DNA of 64,000 bases. Source: Candidatus Dormiibacterota bacterium. GTDB taxonomy: Bacteria; Chloroflexota; Dormibacteria; Aeolococcales; Bog-877. A program made the position numbers and the translations under genes. The stretch spans positions 320,214 through 384,213 of the forward strand of contig CAWDQV010000001.1 in assembly GCA_963804565.1 (NCBI GenBank), read 5' to 3'. Numbering within the stretch: position 1 is the stretch's first letter; each line of letters starts with the position of its first letter. Below are positions 47,406-57,017 of the stretch, one piece after another. The notes beneath the pieces are model-generated. The model saw only the letters and a program-made list of their open reading frames with translations, did not search any database and was not told the origin of the DNA.

Positions 47406-48737
47406 TCAGCCGCGAACGAGCCTGGCCACTCGGCGGGCCCCAACCCGCAGCACGGTGTCCTGGTTGACTGTCACAGGCACCCTCCAATCCCCCACCCGCT
47501 CTCCGGCCAGCTCTACAGCTCCGCCCTGGACCAGCCGGGCGGCCTCCCCCTTGGACTTCGCCATGCCGGACGCAACCAGCAGCTCGCGGATATCCCAACT
47601 TCCCAACGCCGGGAGGGCGACGTCGGCGATCTCGCTCGGCAGGTCGTGGTCGCGATGCACCCGGAAGAACTCCTCCCGAGCTGTCCGTGCCTGATCCGGG
47701 TCGTGCAAGAAACCGACCAACTGCTGAGCCAAGTCGGCCTTGGCATCCCGGGGATTCAGCGACCCGTCTTGGAGCTGCTCCTCTATCCGGGCCAGTTCCT
47801 CTTCCGGGGTGTCAGTGAGCAGCGACATGTATCGCGCGATGAGCCGATCGGGAATCGACATCAGCTGGCCGAACTGGGAGGCCGCAGGATCCGCCACCGC
47901 CACCGCATTACCCAGCGATTTGCTCATCTTCTTCTCGCCATCGAGGCCCTCCAGGAGGGGCACCGTGACGATGTCTTGCGGTGCCTGTCCGTAGGCGACC
48001 TGCACGTCCCGACCGCGCATGAGATTGAAAAGCTGGTCGCTTCCACCGAGCTCGACGTCGGCCTGGATCGCCACCGAGTCGTATCCCTGGAGCAAGGGAT
48101 AGAAGAGCTCGTGCACCCCGATGGGCTGCTCGGACCGCATGCGTTGCTCAAAGTCGCTGCGCTGGAGAAGTTGCGCGACAGTGGCGGTGTTGGCCAGCCT
48201 CAGCACGGCCACCAGGTCAAATGGGTCGTACCACTCACTCTGCCGGCGCACTTCTGCGTGATCCGGGTCGACCACGCAGAAGATCTGCTCCAAGTAGGTC
48301 CTGGCGTTTTCCTCGACCTCGTCGACGGTGAGCTGGGGCCGGGTCGCGGAGCGACCGGACGGGTCTCCGATGCGGGCCGTGAAGTCGCCAATCACCAGCA
48401 CCGGCAGATGGCCCTCGCCCTGCCAAGTGCGCAAAAGCCGCATCGGAACCAAATGCCCCAGGTGTATGTCGGGGGCGCTGGGATCGATCCCGAACTTGAT
48501 GCGCAGCCGATCCCCCCGGTTGAGCCGCTCCGAGAGACGCTCTCGGCTCTCACAGTGGACGACGCCGCGCAGCAGTCGATCGGCCGTGGTCACAGCCGCA
48601 GAGCCTAACGCGCGCAGGTTGCACCCCGGGTCGCCAGCCAGTAGCTCGACTTCAAATTCGGGATTGACGCCGGTCCGATCAAGATCAATTTGCCCCGCCA
48701 CGGACACCGGGTGGGATCGGGTCTCTGGGCTCGGCAA
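47406..48737 (-). CDS. tyrS: Tyrosine--tRNA ligase (Thermus-type; true start probably the internal GTG at 48593)
   Basis: FGIDPSAPDIHLGHLV (HIGH), KMSKSLGN, C-terminal S4-like domain. The first ~48 codons of the ORF are not TyrRS-like. Confidence 0.93.
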   Translation of the reverse strand: MPSPETRSHPVSVAGQIDLDRTGVNPEFEVELLAGDPGCNLRALGSAAVTTADRLLRGVVHCESRERLSERLNRGDRLRIKFGIDPSAPDIHLGHLVPMRLLRTWQGEGHLPVLVIGDFTARIGDPSGRSATRPQLTVDEVEENARTYLEQIFCVVDPDHAEVRRQSEWYDPFDLVAVLRLANTATVAQLLQRSDFEQRMRSEQPIGVHELFYPLLQGYDSVAIQADVELGGSDQLFNLMRGRDVQVAYGQAPQDIVTVPLLEGLDGEKKMSKSLGNAVAVADPAASQFGQLMSIPDRLIARYMSLLTDTPEEELARIEEQLQDGSLNPRDAKADLAQQLVGFLHDPDQARTAREEFFRVHRDHDLPSEIADVALPALGSWDIRELLVASGMAKSKGEAARLVQGGAVELAGERVGDWRVPVTVNQDTVLRVGARRVARLVRG

Positions 48738-49050
48738 GAAGAAACTCGAGTGAGCGCGGTGACCAACGAAGCCTCAGTCGAATCGAACGCGGGTCGCAAG
48801 GACTCGGAGACCGATCGCTTGGGGCAGACGGGCAGCGGCCGTCGACACTTTTGACTCCGGTGGTGGTACGTTGCACGGGTAGGTTCCAGCCCGACGGAGG
48901 TATCACCGATGCGAACCGTCTGGAGCTTCCTGAGGCAAACTCGGGCGGACTGACCGGCCCTCCGGGGCCAGAGCAGGGCGGCGGCCGAAGGCTTGCCTCC
49001 CGCAAGGTCAACGGCCCCGGGGAAGGGCATCTCACCACCCGATATTTGTT

Positions 49051-49085
49051 CCCGGCTGATCCGCCGGGACTGGTGCCATGGCACC
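49051..49085 (-). terminator. Two adjacent GC hairpins just after the mpg stop (possible terminator lacking a U tract)
   Basis: Palindrome ggtgccatggcacc (49072-49085) and cccggc-tgatcc-gccggg (49051-49068), followed on the transcript by AACAAAUAU. Confidence 0.3.
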
Positions 49086-49091
49086 GGCTAA

Positions 49092-49688
49092 TCACATGAG
49101 CGAGCCCTTCGGGGCTCGCTTTCTCTTCCCGGCTTTGTCTGAATCCTCGCTGCCCAACTTGTTCACCAGGAACCTCAGCGGGGCCTGGTCGCGCACTCCC
49201 ACCCGAGGCGTCACCTGAACCGCCACCTCGTCGAGCTTGCCGGGCTGTATCCAGATCGAACTCGAGCCGGGCGAACAGAGGTCGACCCCGTTGCAGGTCA
49301 GGTCAATTCCAAGGCCCCGGCAGAGCAGAGCGGGCCCTGGCAGCTTGGCTCGCTCCGTACCCACCCCGTTTACCCCCCCACGCAGCAGCACCGCCTGGGG
49401 ATCCCCAACGTCCCCAGTCACCACGTTGAAGCAGTAGTGCATCCCGTAGATGAAATAGACATAGGCGACGCCAGCCCTGCCGAACATCACTCCGTTTCGG
49501 GGAGTCCGGCCGCGGTAGGCGTGGGAGGCCGGATCGTCGGAACCCAAGTACGCCTCGGTCTCGGAGATCTGTGCCCGTAGCTCTGCCTGGCCGCTGCGGC
49601 GGACCAGCCAGCATCCCAGGAGGTCTCGGGCCACTAACGGGCTGGCCCGGGCGAAGAACTCCCTGGGCAGTGAAATCGGCTTCGTCAT
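49092..49688 (-). CDS. mpg: DNA-3-methyladenine glycosylase (Mpg/AAG family)
   Basis: ATG at 49688. MTKPISLPREFFARASPLVARDLLG..ISETEAYLGSDDPASHAYRGRTPRNGVMFGRAGVAYVYFIYGMHYCFNVV. Confidence 0.88.
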   Translation of the reverse strand: MTKPISLPREFFARASPLVARDLLGCWLVRRSGQAELRAQISETEAYLGSDDPASHAYRGRTPRNGVMFGRAGVAYVYFIYGMHYCFNVVTGDVGDPQAVLLRGGVNGVGTERAKLPGPALLCRGLGIDLTCNGVDLCSPGSSSIWIQPGKLDEVAVQVTPRVGVRDQAPLRFLVNKLGSEDSDKAGKRKRAPKGSLM

Positions 49689-49725
49689 GGACCTTGGCGC
49701 TTTGCGTCCTGCCGCCGGTCGTGGC

Positions 49726-50483
49726 TCAGCGGAGCGCGGCCACCACGGCGGCTTGACCTCGCCTCCAGACGATCCCCGCCTCGGCGAAGCCTGCCCGAGC
49801 AAGTGCTCAACGTGCCACTCGGCGGCCGGGTTGAATTCCGCCGGGTGGAGTTCTCCCCCAAAGCGCCTTTGGCGCTCTGCGAGCAACTCGACGAACTCGG
49901 GCGTTCGGGCTACCCTCTCCCACCACTCCTCCCAGTCCTCCCCGGTGCCATCCGAGACAGGCCTGAGTGCCTCCGCCAAATGGTCCAGGCGCGGCGTGTT
50001 CACCAGACCGACTTGGTCGGAGTCGGCGAAGAGTCCGCCCGGGCGGAGCAGCCCGGCCAGAGAGCCGTACACGGCCGCCAGTCGATCTGGCTCCAACCAG
50101 TGCAACGCAGTCGCGGTGACGACTGCGTCGAACGATCCCCGGGCAAACTTGGCGGCCCACTCGGGGGACCTGAGGTCAACCTCCTCCAGGGTCACTCGCG
50201 CATCCCCTTCGAATACTCCCGCGGCAATTCGCAGCAGCACCGGGTCGATGTCGACCGCCACCACCTGTGCCGCTGGGAACCGCTCCAGGAGTCGCGCGCT
50301 GATCGAGCCGCAACCACACGCCAGGTCGAGCACCCTGGGCGCGCTGTCGCCCGAGACGGCGCCGACCAGCGCTCCCAGGACGGCGAACCGCTCCTCGCGA
50401 TCTGGCAGGTAACGTGCCTGCTGCCGATCCCAGCTGGTCTGCCACTCGGTCCAGAAGGACCGGTCGGGCTCGGTGGTGCTCAT
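49726..50483 (-). CDS. Class I SAM-dependent methyltransferase (one frameshift near 49786-49793)
   Basis: VLDLACGCGSISARLLE.., VVAVDIDP, ..ALHWL. After ..EHLLGQA a 1-nt shift gives GFAEAGIVWRRGQAAVVAALR* ending at 49726. The uncorrected frame runs on into mpg. Confidence 0.8.
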
Positions 50484-52894
50484 GAGGAGACCAAGCGCAC
50501 CGCGGCACCAACCGACTCAAGGGCGCCCAGGACCTGGGCTCTCAAGCGCTCACCCTGCCGATGGGTGAGCGTCTGCTCGGGATCGCGGAAAACCAGCCGG
50601 AAGGTCCACCCCTTCGTACCGGCCGGAAGTTGGCTGCCACGGTACTGGTCGACCAGCTTGATCTCCTCCAACTCGGCGACGCGCGAATCTCGGACCGCAG
50701 CCAGTGCCGCTCCCAGCGCCGCCCGCTCGGGAACCGTGACCGAAAGATCCAGGGACAGAGGTGGAGTCTTGGCCAGACTGACTCCCTTCGCCGGACGGCC
50801 TCCATCAACCAGCCACCCGTCGACACGCATCTCCGCGACCATAGTTGAACCTCGCAGTTCGGGATCCGGCGCTGCGGCCCAGTCAAGCTGCCCGACCACA
50901 CCGCGCAGTTCGCCAATCACCCAAATGCCAGCGCATCGGTGCGGATGAAACCCGTGGCGGCGTTCTGGACGGAACTCGACCTCATTTAGCCCGACCCGAT
51001 CTCCCAATGCCTGAATCATCTGCAGCAGGTGATCGAGTGCCCCGGCCGCCTCGTCGGGCTGCGGTGCGACCGAATGGTCCACAAGCGCGAGGACCTCTGG
51101 CTCATCGGGTCGCCCAGAGCGATCCAAACTCGGCCAGAACACCCTGCCCCATTCAAAGACGCGGCTTCTCTCCCATCCCCGAGACTGGTTGAGTCGGCAG
51201 GCGTCGAGAAGCCCCGGAAGGCAGCTGACACGGAGTTCGCCGAGCTGCGATGAGAGCGGATTTGCAATCCGAAGCGGTGAGAACTCCGAGCCGAGTCCGC
51301 GCACCAGAGAGGCCTGATCCTGGCTGACCAGGCTCGAGGTGATGGCCTCGGTGAAGCCCGCGCCAAGGCAGATCTCTCCGGCCAGTCGGGAGGCGCCACT
51401 GAGCTCGGGATGCCCGCTCGGAGGAGTTCGCAGTGCCGGCAGGGTCGCCGGTACCAGGTCGTACCCCAGCACGCGACCCACCTCCTCAGTGATGTCCGCG
51501 GCAATCTTGATGTCAGTCCGCACGGAGGGTGGCACGACACGCAGTTCGTCGCCGCTCTGGTCCACTTCGAACTGAAGCCGGCGCAGCGCGTCCGCCGCCC
51601 GGTCCGGGCCGACTTCGAGCCCTAGCAGATGGGAGATCTCGCGCAAGGAGGTCTGGATGGGACCAGTTGGCGCTGGCACGGCTCCGGCGATCACCGGACC
51701 TGGTCTGACGCGGCCCCCCGTCACCGCACCCACGAGGTGAGTGAAGCGTCGGGCCGCGATCGGAACCAGTGCCGGGGAGAGCGCTCGCTCGAACCGCGAA
51801 GAGGCTTCCGTCCGAATTCCAAGACTCCGGGTGGTCTTGCGGATCGACACCCAGTTGAAGCTAGCTGCTTCGAGAATGATCCTGGTGGTGTCAGCCTGGA
51901 CGGAAGTCTCGCTTCCCCCGATGATTCCGCCCAGGGCAACCGGGCGGTCATCGGCGGTGATCGCTAGCGACTCTTCGTTGAGCCGGCGGGTGGCGCCGTC
52001 GAGGCAGGCAAGGGTCTCTCCGAGCCGACCGTGGCGGACCCCGATCCTCACGCGGGCCGGAGCACCAGGGAGTCGATCCAGGTCAAAGGTGTGAACCGGT
52101 TGGCCCACATCCAGCATCACGTAGTTGGCCAGATCGACCACGGCGGAGATCGAACGAGCTCCGACCGACATCAGTCTGCGCTGCAACCACAGCGGCGACG
52201 GTCCGGTCCCTAAGCCGTCGATGCACTCAGCCAGGTAGATCGGACAGTCGGCGGGCGCCTCGATCTCTACATCGACCGCGTCCGCAGCCGGAGCGCCTTC
52301 CCGGGAGGGCTCCTCCAGCGCTGGCTCGCGCAGCGGTCGATCGAGCACCGCCGCCAGTTCTCTGGCGACCCCCCAATGGGAGAGGCTGTCCGCCCGATGG
52401 CTGAGGATCTCCAGCTCATAGATGATGTCCTCAGGGAAGAGCTCGCTCAGGGGCTGGCCTGGCTCAGCGTCTCCCGATGCCAAGAGCAACACCCCGTCGT
52501 GTTCGGGGCCGAGCCCGAGCTCGTCGGCGGCGCAAATCATGCCGTTGCTCAACTCCCCGCGGATCCGTCGCTGCCCCAGCCGGAGACCGCCGGGCAGCAC
52601 CGTTCCCGGACGGGCCCAGGCGACCACTGCGCCGAGAGTCAGGTTCTGGGCCCCACAGACGACCTCGAGAGGCTCTTGGCCGGGGACACGGACCCTGGTC
52701 TTCCAAAGGTGGTCGCTGCCCTCCATCCTCCCCAGCTCGACCACTTCGGCGACCGTCACACCCTCCAACCCCTGGGCGAATCCGACAATCCGCTCTACCT
52801 CGGTGCCGCTCAGCGTCAGAAGCTCGGCGATCCGGGCTGGGGTAACACCGTCCAGCTCGACGAAGTCCTGGAGCCACTCCTGGCTCACCCGCAT
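50480..52894 (-). CDS. pheT: Phenylalanine--tRNA ligase beta subunit
   Basis: ATG at 52894 overlaps the pheS stop (TGATG). [34 protein letters not shown].., B3/4, B5 and FDX-ACB regions. The 882-aa ORF start is a spurious extension. Confidence 0.95.
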   Translation of the reverse strand: MRVSQEWLQDFVELDGVTPARIAELLTLSGTEVERIVGFAQGLEGVTVAEVVELGRMEGSDHLWKTRVRVPGQEPLEVVCGAQNLTLGAVVAWARPGTVLPGGLRLGQRRIRGELSNGMICAADELGLGPEHDGVLLLASGDAEPGQPLSELFPEDIIYELEILSHRADSLSHWGVARELAAVLDRPLREPALEEPSREGAPAADAVDVEIEAPADCPIYLAECIDGLGTGPSPLWLQRRLMSVGARSISAVVDLANYVMLDVGQPVHTFDLDRLPGAPARVRIGVRHGRLGETLACLDGATRRLNEESLAITADDRPVALGGIIGGSETSVQADTTRIILEAASFNWVSIRKTTRSLGIRTEASSRFERALSPALVPIAARRFTHLVGAVTGGRVRPGPVIAGAVPAPTGPIQTSLREISHLLGLEVGPDRAADALRRLQFEVDQSGDELRVVPPSVRTDIKIAADITEEVGRVLGYDLVPATLPALRTPPSGHPELSGASRLAGEICLGAGFTEAITSSLVSQDQASLVRGLGSEFSPLRIANPLSSQLGELRVSCLPGLLDACRLNQSRGWERSRVFEWGRVFWPSLDRSGRPDEPEVLALVDHSVAPQPDEAAGALDHLLQMIQALGDRVGLNEVEFRPERRHGFHPHRCAGIWVIGELRGVVGQLDWAAAPDPELRGSTMVAEMRVDGWLVDGGRPAKGVSLAKTPPLSLDLSVTVPERAALGAALAAVRDSRVAELEEIKLVDQYRGSQLPAGTKGWTFRLVFRDPEQTLTHRQGERLRAQVLGALESVGAAVRLVSS

Positions 52895-53925
52895 CAGAAG
52901 TTCTCCAGAAGGCGAAGGTCGTTTTCGTAAAGGTCCCGCACGTCCTCCAGCCCGTACTTCAGGGCGGCGATCCGGTCGGGGCCCATCCCGAAGGCGAATC
53001 CGCTGAAGCGCTCTGGATCGACGCCAGCGTTGCGCAGCACCGCCGGGTGCACCATGCCGGATCCCAGGATCTCGATCCACCCCTTGCCGTGACAGCTCCG
53101 GCAGCCCGCGCCGTCGCAGAACCAGCATGAGACGTCCGCTTCCAAGCTGGGCTCCGTGAAAGCGAAGAAGCTGGCGCGCAGCCTGACCCGACGCTCCTTA
53201 CCGAAAAGCGCCTGGATGAAGTAGATGAGGGTCCCCTTCAGATCGCCGAGGGTCACTCCCTGGTCGACGCACAGTCCCTCGACCTGGAAGAACATCGGGT
53301 TGTGCGTCGGGTCTGGGTTGTCCCTCCGATAAACCCTGCCCGGGGCCAGGATTCGATAGGGCGGCGGTCCCGCCATCATGGTGCGAAGCTGCACCGGCGA
53401 GGTATGGGTGCGCAAGAGCCACCCTCCCGGACCATCCAGGTAGAAGGTGTCGTGCGTGTCGCGGGCGGGATGCTCTGGGGGCAGGTTGAGCAGCTCAAAG
53501 TTGAACTGGTCATCCTCGATCTCGGGTCCGTCCACCGACTGGTACCCCAGAGCTGCTCCGATATCTTCCATCTCGCGAACCAGTCGACCGACCGGGTGCT
53601 GGTGTCCACGCTCCAGCGGCCGGCTGGGGTAGCTGAGGTCCAACCAGTCGCTGTCGCTTTTCGCCTGTTGCTGAGCCAGTTGCAGTTCCGTCAGGCGGCG
53701 CTCCAGGGCGGCCTCTGTCCCCTGCTTGGTGGCATTGAAGGCGCGCCCCAGCGATGCCCGCTCCAGCGGCGGTGCCAGAGCCAACGCCTGTGCCCCGGAG
53801 CTGATCAGGCCCCCGTGGCGAGCCAGATACTTGAGGCGCACCAGCTCCAGTTGGGCCGCATCGACCGCCCCGGCGATCTCCTCCAGGGCCTGCGCGCCGA
53901 GTGCCTGGAGGTCGCCCTCAGTCAC
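52894..53925 (-). CDS. pheS: Phenylalanine--tRNA ligase alpha subunit
   Basis: ..[46 protein letters not shown].. Confidence 0.96.
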   Translation of the reverse strand: MTEGDLQALGAQALEEIAGAVDAAQLELVRLKYLARHGGLISSGAQALALAPPLERASLGRAFNATKQGTEAALERRLTELQLAQQQAKSDSDWLDLSYPSRPLERGHQHPVGRLVREMEDIGAALGYQSVDGPEIEDDQFNFELLNLPPEHPARDTHDTFYLDGPGGWLLRTHTSPVQLRTMMAGPPPYRILAPGRVYRRDNPDPTHNPMFFQVEGLCVDQGVTLGDLKGTLIYFIQALFGKERRVRLRASFFAFTEPSLEADVSCWFCDGAGCRSCHGKGWIEILGSGMVHPAVLRNAGVDPERFSGFAFGMGPDRIAALKYGLEDVRDLYENDLRLLENF

Positions 53926-54284
53926 TGGCCGGGCGCGGCCTCCCGCACTACCTCAACCAGTCGAGCAAAGGCCGCCGGGTCGTGGATCGCCAACTCGGAA
54001 ATCTGCTTGCGTGAGAGCTCCACTCCGGAGCGGCTGAGCCCCGCGATGAACCGGCTGTAGGGGATCCCCGCCTGGCGCGAGGCTGCGTTGATGCGAGCGA
54101 TCCAAAGCCGCCGGAAGTTGCCCTTGCGCTTGCGTCGATCACGGTACTGGTAGGCCAGCGAGTGCATCACCGCCTCGTTGGCCGGGCGGAAGAGCCGGTT
54201 GTGAGTGCCGGTGAACCCCGAGGCTAGCTCGAGGACCTTCTTGTGGCGCTTGCGCGCGGTTACCCCGCGCTTGACCCGGGCCAC
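53922..54284 (-). CDS. rplT: 50S ribosomal protein L20
   Basis: [46 protein letters not shown]. Confidence 0.96.
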   Translation of the reverse strand: MARVKRGVTARKRHKKVLELASGFTGTHNRLFRPANEAVMHSLAYQYRDRRKRKGNFRRLWIARINAASRQAGIPYSRFIAGLSRSGVELSRKQISELAIHDPAAFARLVEVVREAAPGQ

Positions 54285-54287
54285 CGC

Positions 54288-54491
54288 TCAGCCCTTCAGG
54301 TAGGGCGCATTACGCCTGATCGACTTGGCGTCACCCGAGGTCACGTCGTGCATGGCGGCGTAGCCGCGCTTGCGCTTGGCCGATTTGTGCTCGAGCATGT
54401 GCGACTGGAAAGCGCCTCGGCGCAGCAGCTTACCCGTCCCCGACAGGCGGAACCGCTTCTGGGTTCCCTTGTGGGTGCGGATCTTCGGCAT
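54288..54491 (-). CDS. rpmI: 50S ribosomal protein L35
   Basis: MPKIRTHKGTQKRFRLSGTGKLLRRGAFQSHMLEHKS. Confidence 0.95.
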   Translation of the reverse strand: MPKIRTHKGTQKRFRLSGTGKLLRRGAFQSHMLEHKSAKRKRGYAAMHDVTSGDAKSIRRNAPYLKG

Positions 54492-55035
54492 GGTTGCTGG
54501 CGCCTCCTTTGGGTAGCTTCTTCGAGACCGGATTGAGGATCATGATCATATTGCGCCCCTCGACCAGAGGCGAGCGCTCGATCTGGGCCACGTCCTTGAC
54601 TTCCTCGGCGAGCCGGTCGAGCAGGGCCCGACCAATCTCCTGGTGAACCAGCTCGCGACCCCGGAACATGATAGTGAGCTTGACCTTGTCGCCCTCCTCC
54701 AGGAAGTGGCGCACGTAGCCGTACTTGGTCTGGAAGTCGTGCTCGCTGATCTTGGGACGGAGCTTCATCTCCTTTAGCCGGATCGCGTTGTGCTCGCGCC
54801 GGGCGTCCTTCTCGCGTTTCAGCGCCTCGAACTTGAATCGGCCGTAATCCATCAGACGGCAGACGGGAGGCTGGGCCTGGGGCGCCACCTCCACCAGGTC
54901 GAGGCCACGCTCTTGGGCGAGTTGCTGGGCATCCGCCAGGGAGACGATTCCCAGCGCCTCTTCATTGGTGTCGTCGAAAAGTCGAACCGAAGGTACCCGG
55001 ATCTGGTCGTTGATGCGCAATTCGCGAAACGCTAT
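54430..55035 (-). CDS. infC: Translation initiation factor IF-3 (probable ATA start; 3' end overlaps rpmI)
   Basis: ..RINDQIRVPSVRLFDD..VEVAPQAQPPVCRLMDYGRFKFE..KLRPKISEHDFQTK..GRNMIMILNP. AAGGAGG (55044-55050) lies 8 nt upstream of ATA at 55035. The ORF-track start is TTG at 55020. Confidence 0.92.
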   Translation of the reverse strand: MAFRELRINDQIRVPSVRLFDDTNEEALGIVSLADAQQLAQERGLDLVEVAPQAQPPVCRLMDYGRFKFEALKREKDARREHNAIRLKEMKLRPKISEHDFQTKYGYVRHFLEEGDKVKLTIMFRGRELVHQEIGRALLDRLAEEVKDVAQIERSPLVEGRNMIMILNPVSKKLPKGGASNHAEDPHPQGNPEAVPPVGDG

Positions 55036-55114
55036 GGACGAATCCTCCTTATTGCGGGAATCGAAGCCCGGATGCTATCACGCAACCTGGCCGCTTCCGA
55101 CCCCCAGCGACGCT

Positions 55115-56851
55115 TCAGCCGCCAACCTCGGTGCGCAACAGCTCGATCAGCTCTTCGACCGAGATCGGGCGCTCATCGCCGCTGCGGTTGTTGCGGAGAT
55201 TGACGTTGTTGGCATCCACTTCCTTCCTACCCACAATCGCAGCGTAGGGAACTTTGGCCAACTGCGAGTCCCGGATCTTGGCGCCCATCCGGTCTCCCGG
55301 GCGATCAGGGACCTCGGTGCGAAACCCCGCCTGCTCAAGCCTGACCGCCACTTGGTGAGCATAGTCCAGCTGGTCGTCGCTCACTGTGATCACCTGCAGC
55401 TGGACTGGCGACAGCCAGGTCGGCAGGGCGCCCGCGTAGTGCTCGAGGAGAACCCCGAAGAACCGCTCCATCGCCCCAAGGAGAGTCCGATGGATCATCA
55501 CCGGCTGGTGGGGCTGGCCATCCACTCCGGTGTACTCAAGGCCGAAGCGAGCCGGCTCGTTGAAGTCGAACTGAACGGTCGCACACTGCCAGCGTCTCCC
55601 GATGGCGTCGCGGATGTGAACATCCACCTTGGGCCCGTAGAAGGCACCCTCCCCGGGATTCACCTTGTATTCGAGCCCCTCCGCCTCCAGCACGCGCGCC
55701 AGAGATGACTCGGCCTGGGTCCAGAGCTCGTCGGCGCCCACCGCCTTGTTCGGGCGGGTGCTGAGGTCGACCTCGACCTCCTCGAAGCCGAAGCGTTGGT
55801 ACATCTCCCGCACCAGCCGCAGCACCCCTGCCACCTCGGCATCTACCTGCTCCGGGCGGCAGAAGAGGTGGGCATCGTCCTGGGTGATCCCGCGTACTCG
55901 CAGGAGCCCGTGCAGCGTCCCACTGCGCTGGTAGCGATAGACACTGGCCACCTCTGCCAGTCGCAGTGGCAGCTCCCGGTAACTGCGGGCGCGAGACTTG
56001 TAGATGAGGATGTGGAAGGGGCAGCTCATGGGCTTGACCCGATAGCGGTCGCCCTCGACCTCGATCGCCCCGAACATCTCCTCCGCGAAGTAGCCGAGGT
56101 GACCGCTGGTCTCCCAGAGCTGCTCTCGGGCCAGGTGCGGGGTGTAGACCAGCTGGTAGCCAGCCCGACGGTGGACCTGACGCCAGTAGTCCTCGATCAC
56201 GGTCCTGACAGTTGCCCCGTGCGGATGCCAGAGGATCAGCCCAGGACCGAGTTCGTCCGAGATCGAGAACAGGTCCAGCTCCCGACCCAGCTTGCGATGG
56301 TCGCGCAGCGCCGCCTGCTCCAGCCGCTCCAGGTAGACGTCCAGCTCCGCCTGGGTGTTCCAGGCGGTCCCGTACACCCGCTGCAACATCGGTTGAGTCT
56401 CGTCGCCGTGCCAGTAGGCACCTGCAGGGTGGGTCAACTTGAATGCCCGGATCTGGGATGCGTCGTCCACATGGGGTCCCCGGCAGAGATCGAAGAAATC
56501 ATCGGTCCGGTAGCAGCTGATCACCTCTCCCTCGGGGATTCGCTCGATCAGCTCGACCTTGAAGCGCTGGTGCCGACGCCCGAACTCCGCGAGCGCCTGA
56601 TCCCGCGCCAGCTCCTCGCGCAGGTACCGAGGGCGACGCGCCGCGATCTCGCGCATCCGGGCCTCGATGGTGGGCAGATCGTCGTCGGTGAATCGGTGGT
56701 CACCGGGAAGCAGAAAGTCGTAGTAGAAGCCGTCCTCGATCGACGGTCCAATCCCGTACTCCGCCCCGGGCCAGAGTTCGCAGACGGCCGCCGCCATCAG
56801 GTGAGCCGCGCTGTGGCGCAGGGTTTCGAGATCGACGTCACTCTCAGCCAT
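55115..56851 (-). CDS. thrS: Threonine--tRNA ligase, short form without N-terminal TGS domain
   Basis: Begins at the editing-domain motif LRHSAAHLMAAAV. Class II core (..FRVKPMSCPFH..YRYQRSG..) and anticodon-binding domain present. Only 89 nt separate the start from tRNA-Val. Confidence 0.95.
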   Translation of the reverse strand: MAESDVDLETLRHSAAHLMAAAVCELWPGAEYGIGPSIEDGFYYDFLLPGDHRFTDDDLPTIEARMREIAARRPRYLREELARDQALAEFGRRHQRFKVELIERIPEGEVISCYRTDDFFDLCRGPHVDDASQIRAFKLTHPAGAYWHGDETQPMLQRVYGTAWNTQAELDVYLERLEQAALRDHRKLGRELDLFSISDELGPGLILWHPHGATVRTVIEDYWRQVHRRAGYQLVYTPHLAREQLWETSGHLGYFAEEMFGAIEVEGDRYRVKPMSCPFHILIYKSRARSYRELPLRLAEVASVYRYQRSGTLHGLLRVRGITQDDAHLFCRPEQVDAEVAGVLRLVREMYQRFGFEEVEVDLSTRPNKAVGADELWTQAESSLARVLEAEGLEYKVNPGEGAFYGPKVDVHIRDAIGRRWQCATVQFDFNEPARFGLEYTGVDGQPHQPVMIHRTLLGAMERFFGVLLEHYAGALPTWLSPVQLQVITVSDDQLDYAHQVAVRLEQAGFRTEVPDRPGDRMGAKIRDSQLAKVPYAAIVGRKEVDANNVNLRNNRSGDERPISVEELIELLRTEVGG

Positions 56852-56940
56852 CGCTATGGGCCCGATTGTATGAGAGCGCGCGCCGGCCTCCGAGGGGGCG
56901 ACCGGCCGAGGCTATAATCCGCTCACCCCGACCCCCGAGA

Positions 56941-57017
56941 GGGCGCATAGCTCAGGTGGTTAGAGCGCTACCCTGACACGGTAGAGGCCCCAGGTTCGAC
57001 TCCTGGTGCGCCCACCA
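56941..57017 (+). tRNA. tRNA-Val (anticodon GAC), CCA encoded
   Basis: GGGCGCA-TA-GCTC-AGGTGGTTA-GAGC-G-CTACC-CTGACAC-GGTAG-AGGCC-CCAGG-TTCGACT-CCTGG-TGCGCCC-A-CCA. Confidence 0.93.

Noticed and set aside
48740-49091. mpg-tyrS spacer as RNase P RNA, SRP (4.5S) RNA or 6S RNA
   Set aside because: The universal RNase P GAGGAAAGUCC element is absent. So is the SRP helix-8 GGAAGCAGCC-type motif with its GNAR tetraloop context. Only generic GC hairpins are present. The T-box idea is kept as a low-confidence finding.
49092-50483. 463-aa ORF read as a natural methyltransferase / 3-methyladenine-glycosylase fusion protein
   Set aside because: A 1-nt shift after ..EHLLGQA gives a normal methyltransferase C-terminus (GFAEAGIVWRRGQAAVVAALR*) ending at 49726. 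mpg has its own ATG at 49688. The linker in the fused frame (SPRRGSSGGEVKPPWWPRSAEPRPAAGRKAPRS) is not protein-like. The fusion is an indel artefact.
50480-53128. N-terminally extended ORF-track models: pheT 882 aa, ruvA 287 aa, rimP 221 aa, alpha/beta hydrolase 393 aa, nadE 349 aa, MFS 496 aa, rsmA 305 aa, BNR lipoprotein 433 aa
   Set aside because: The extensions overlap the upstream gene, are Arg/Pro-rich and are not homologous. Internal starts coincide with the onset of homology and with stop/start overlaps (TGATG, TTGA) or lipobox signal peptides.
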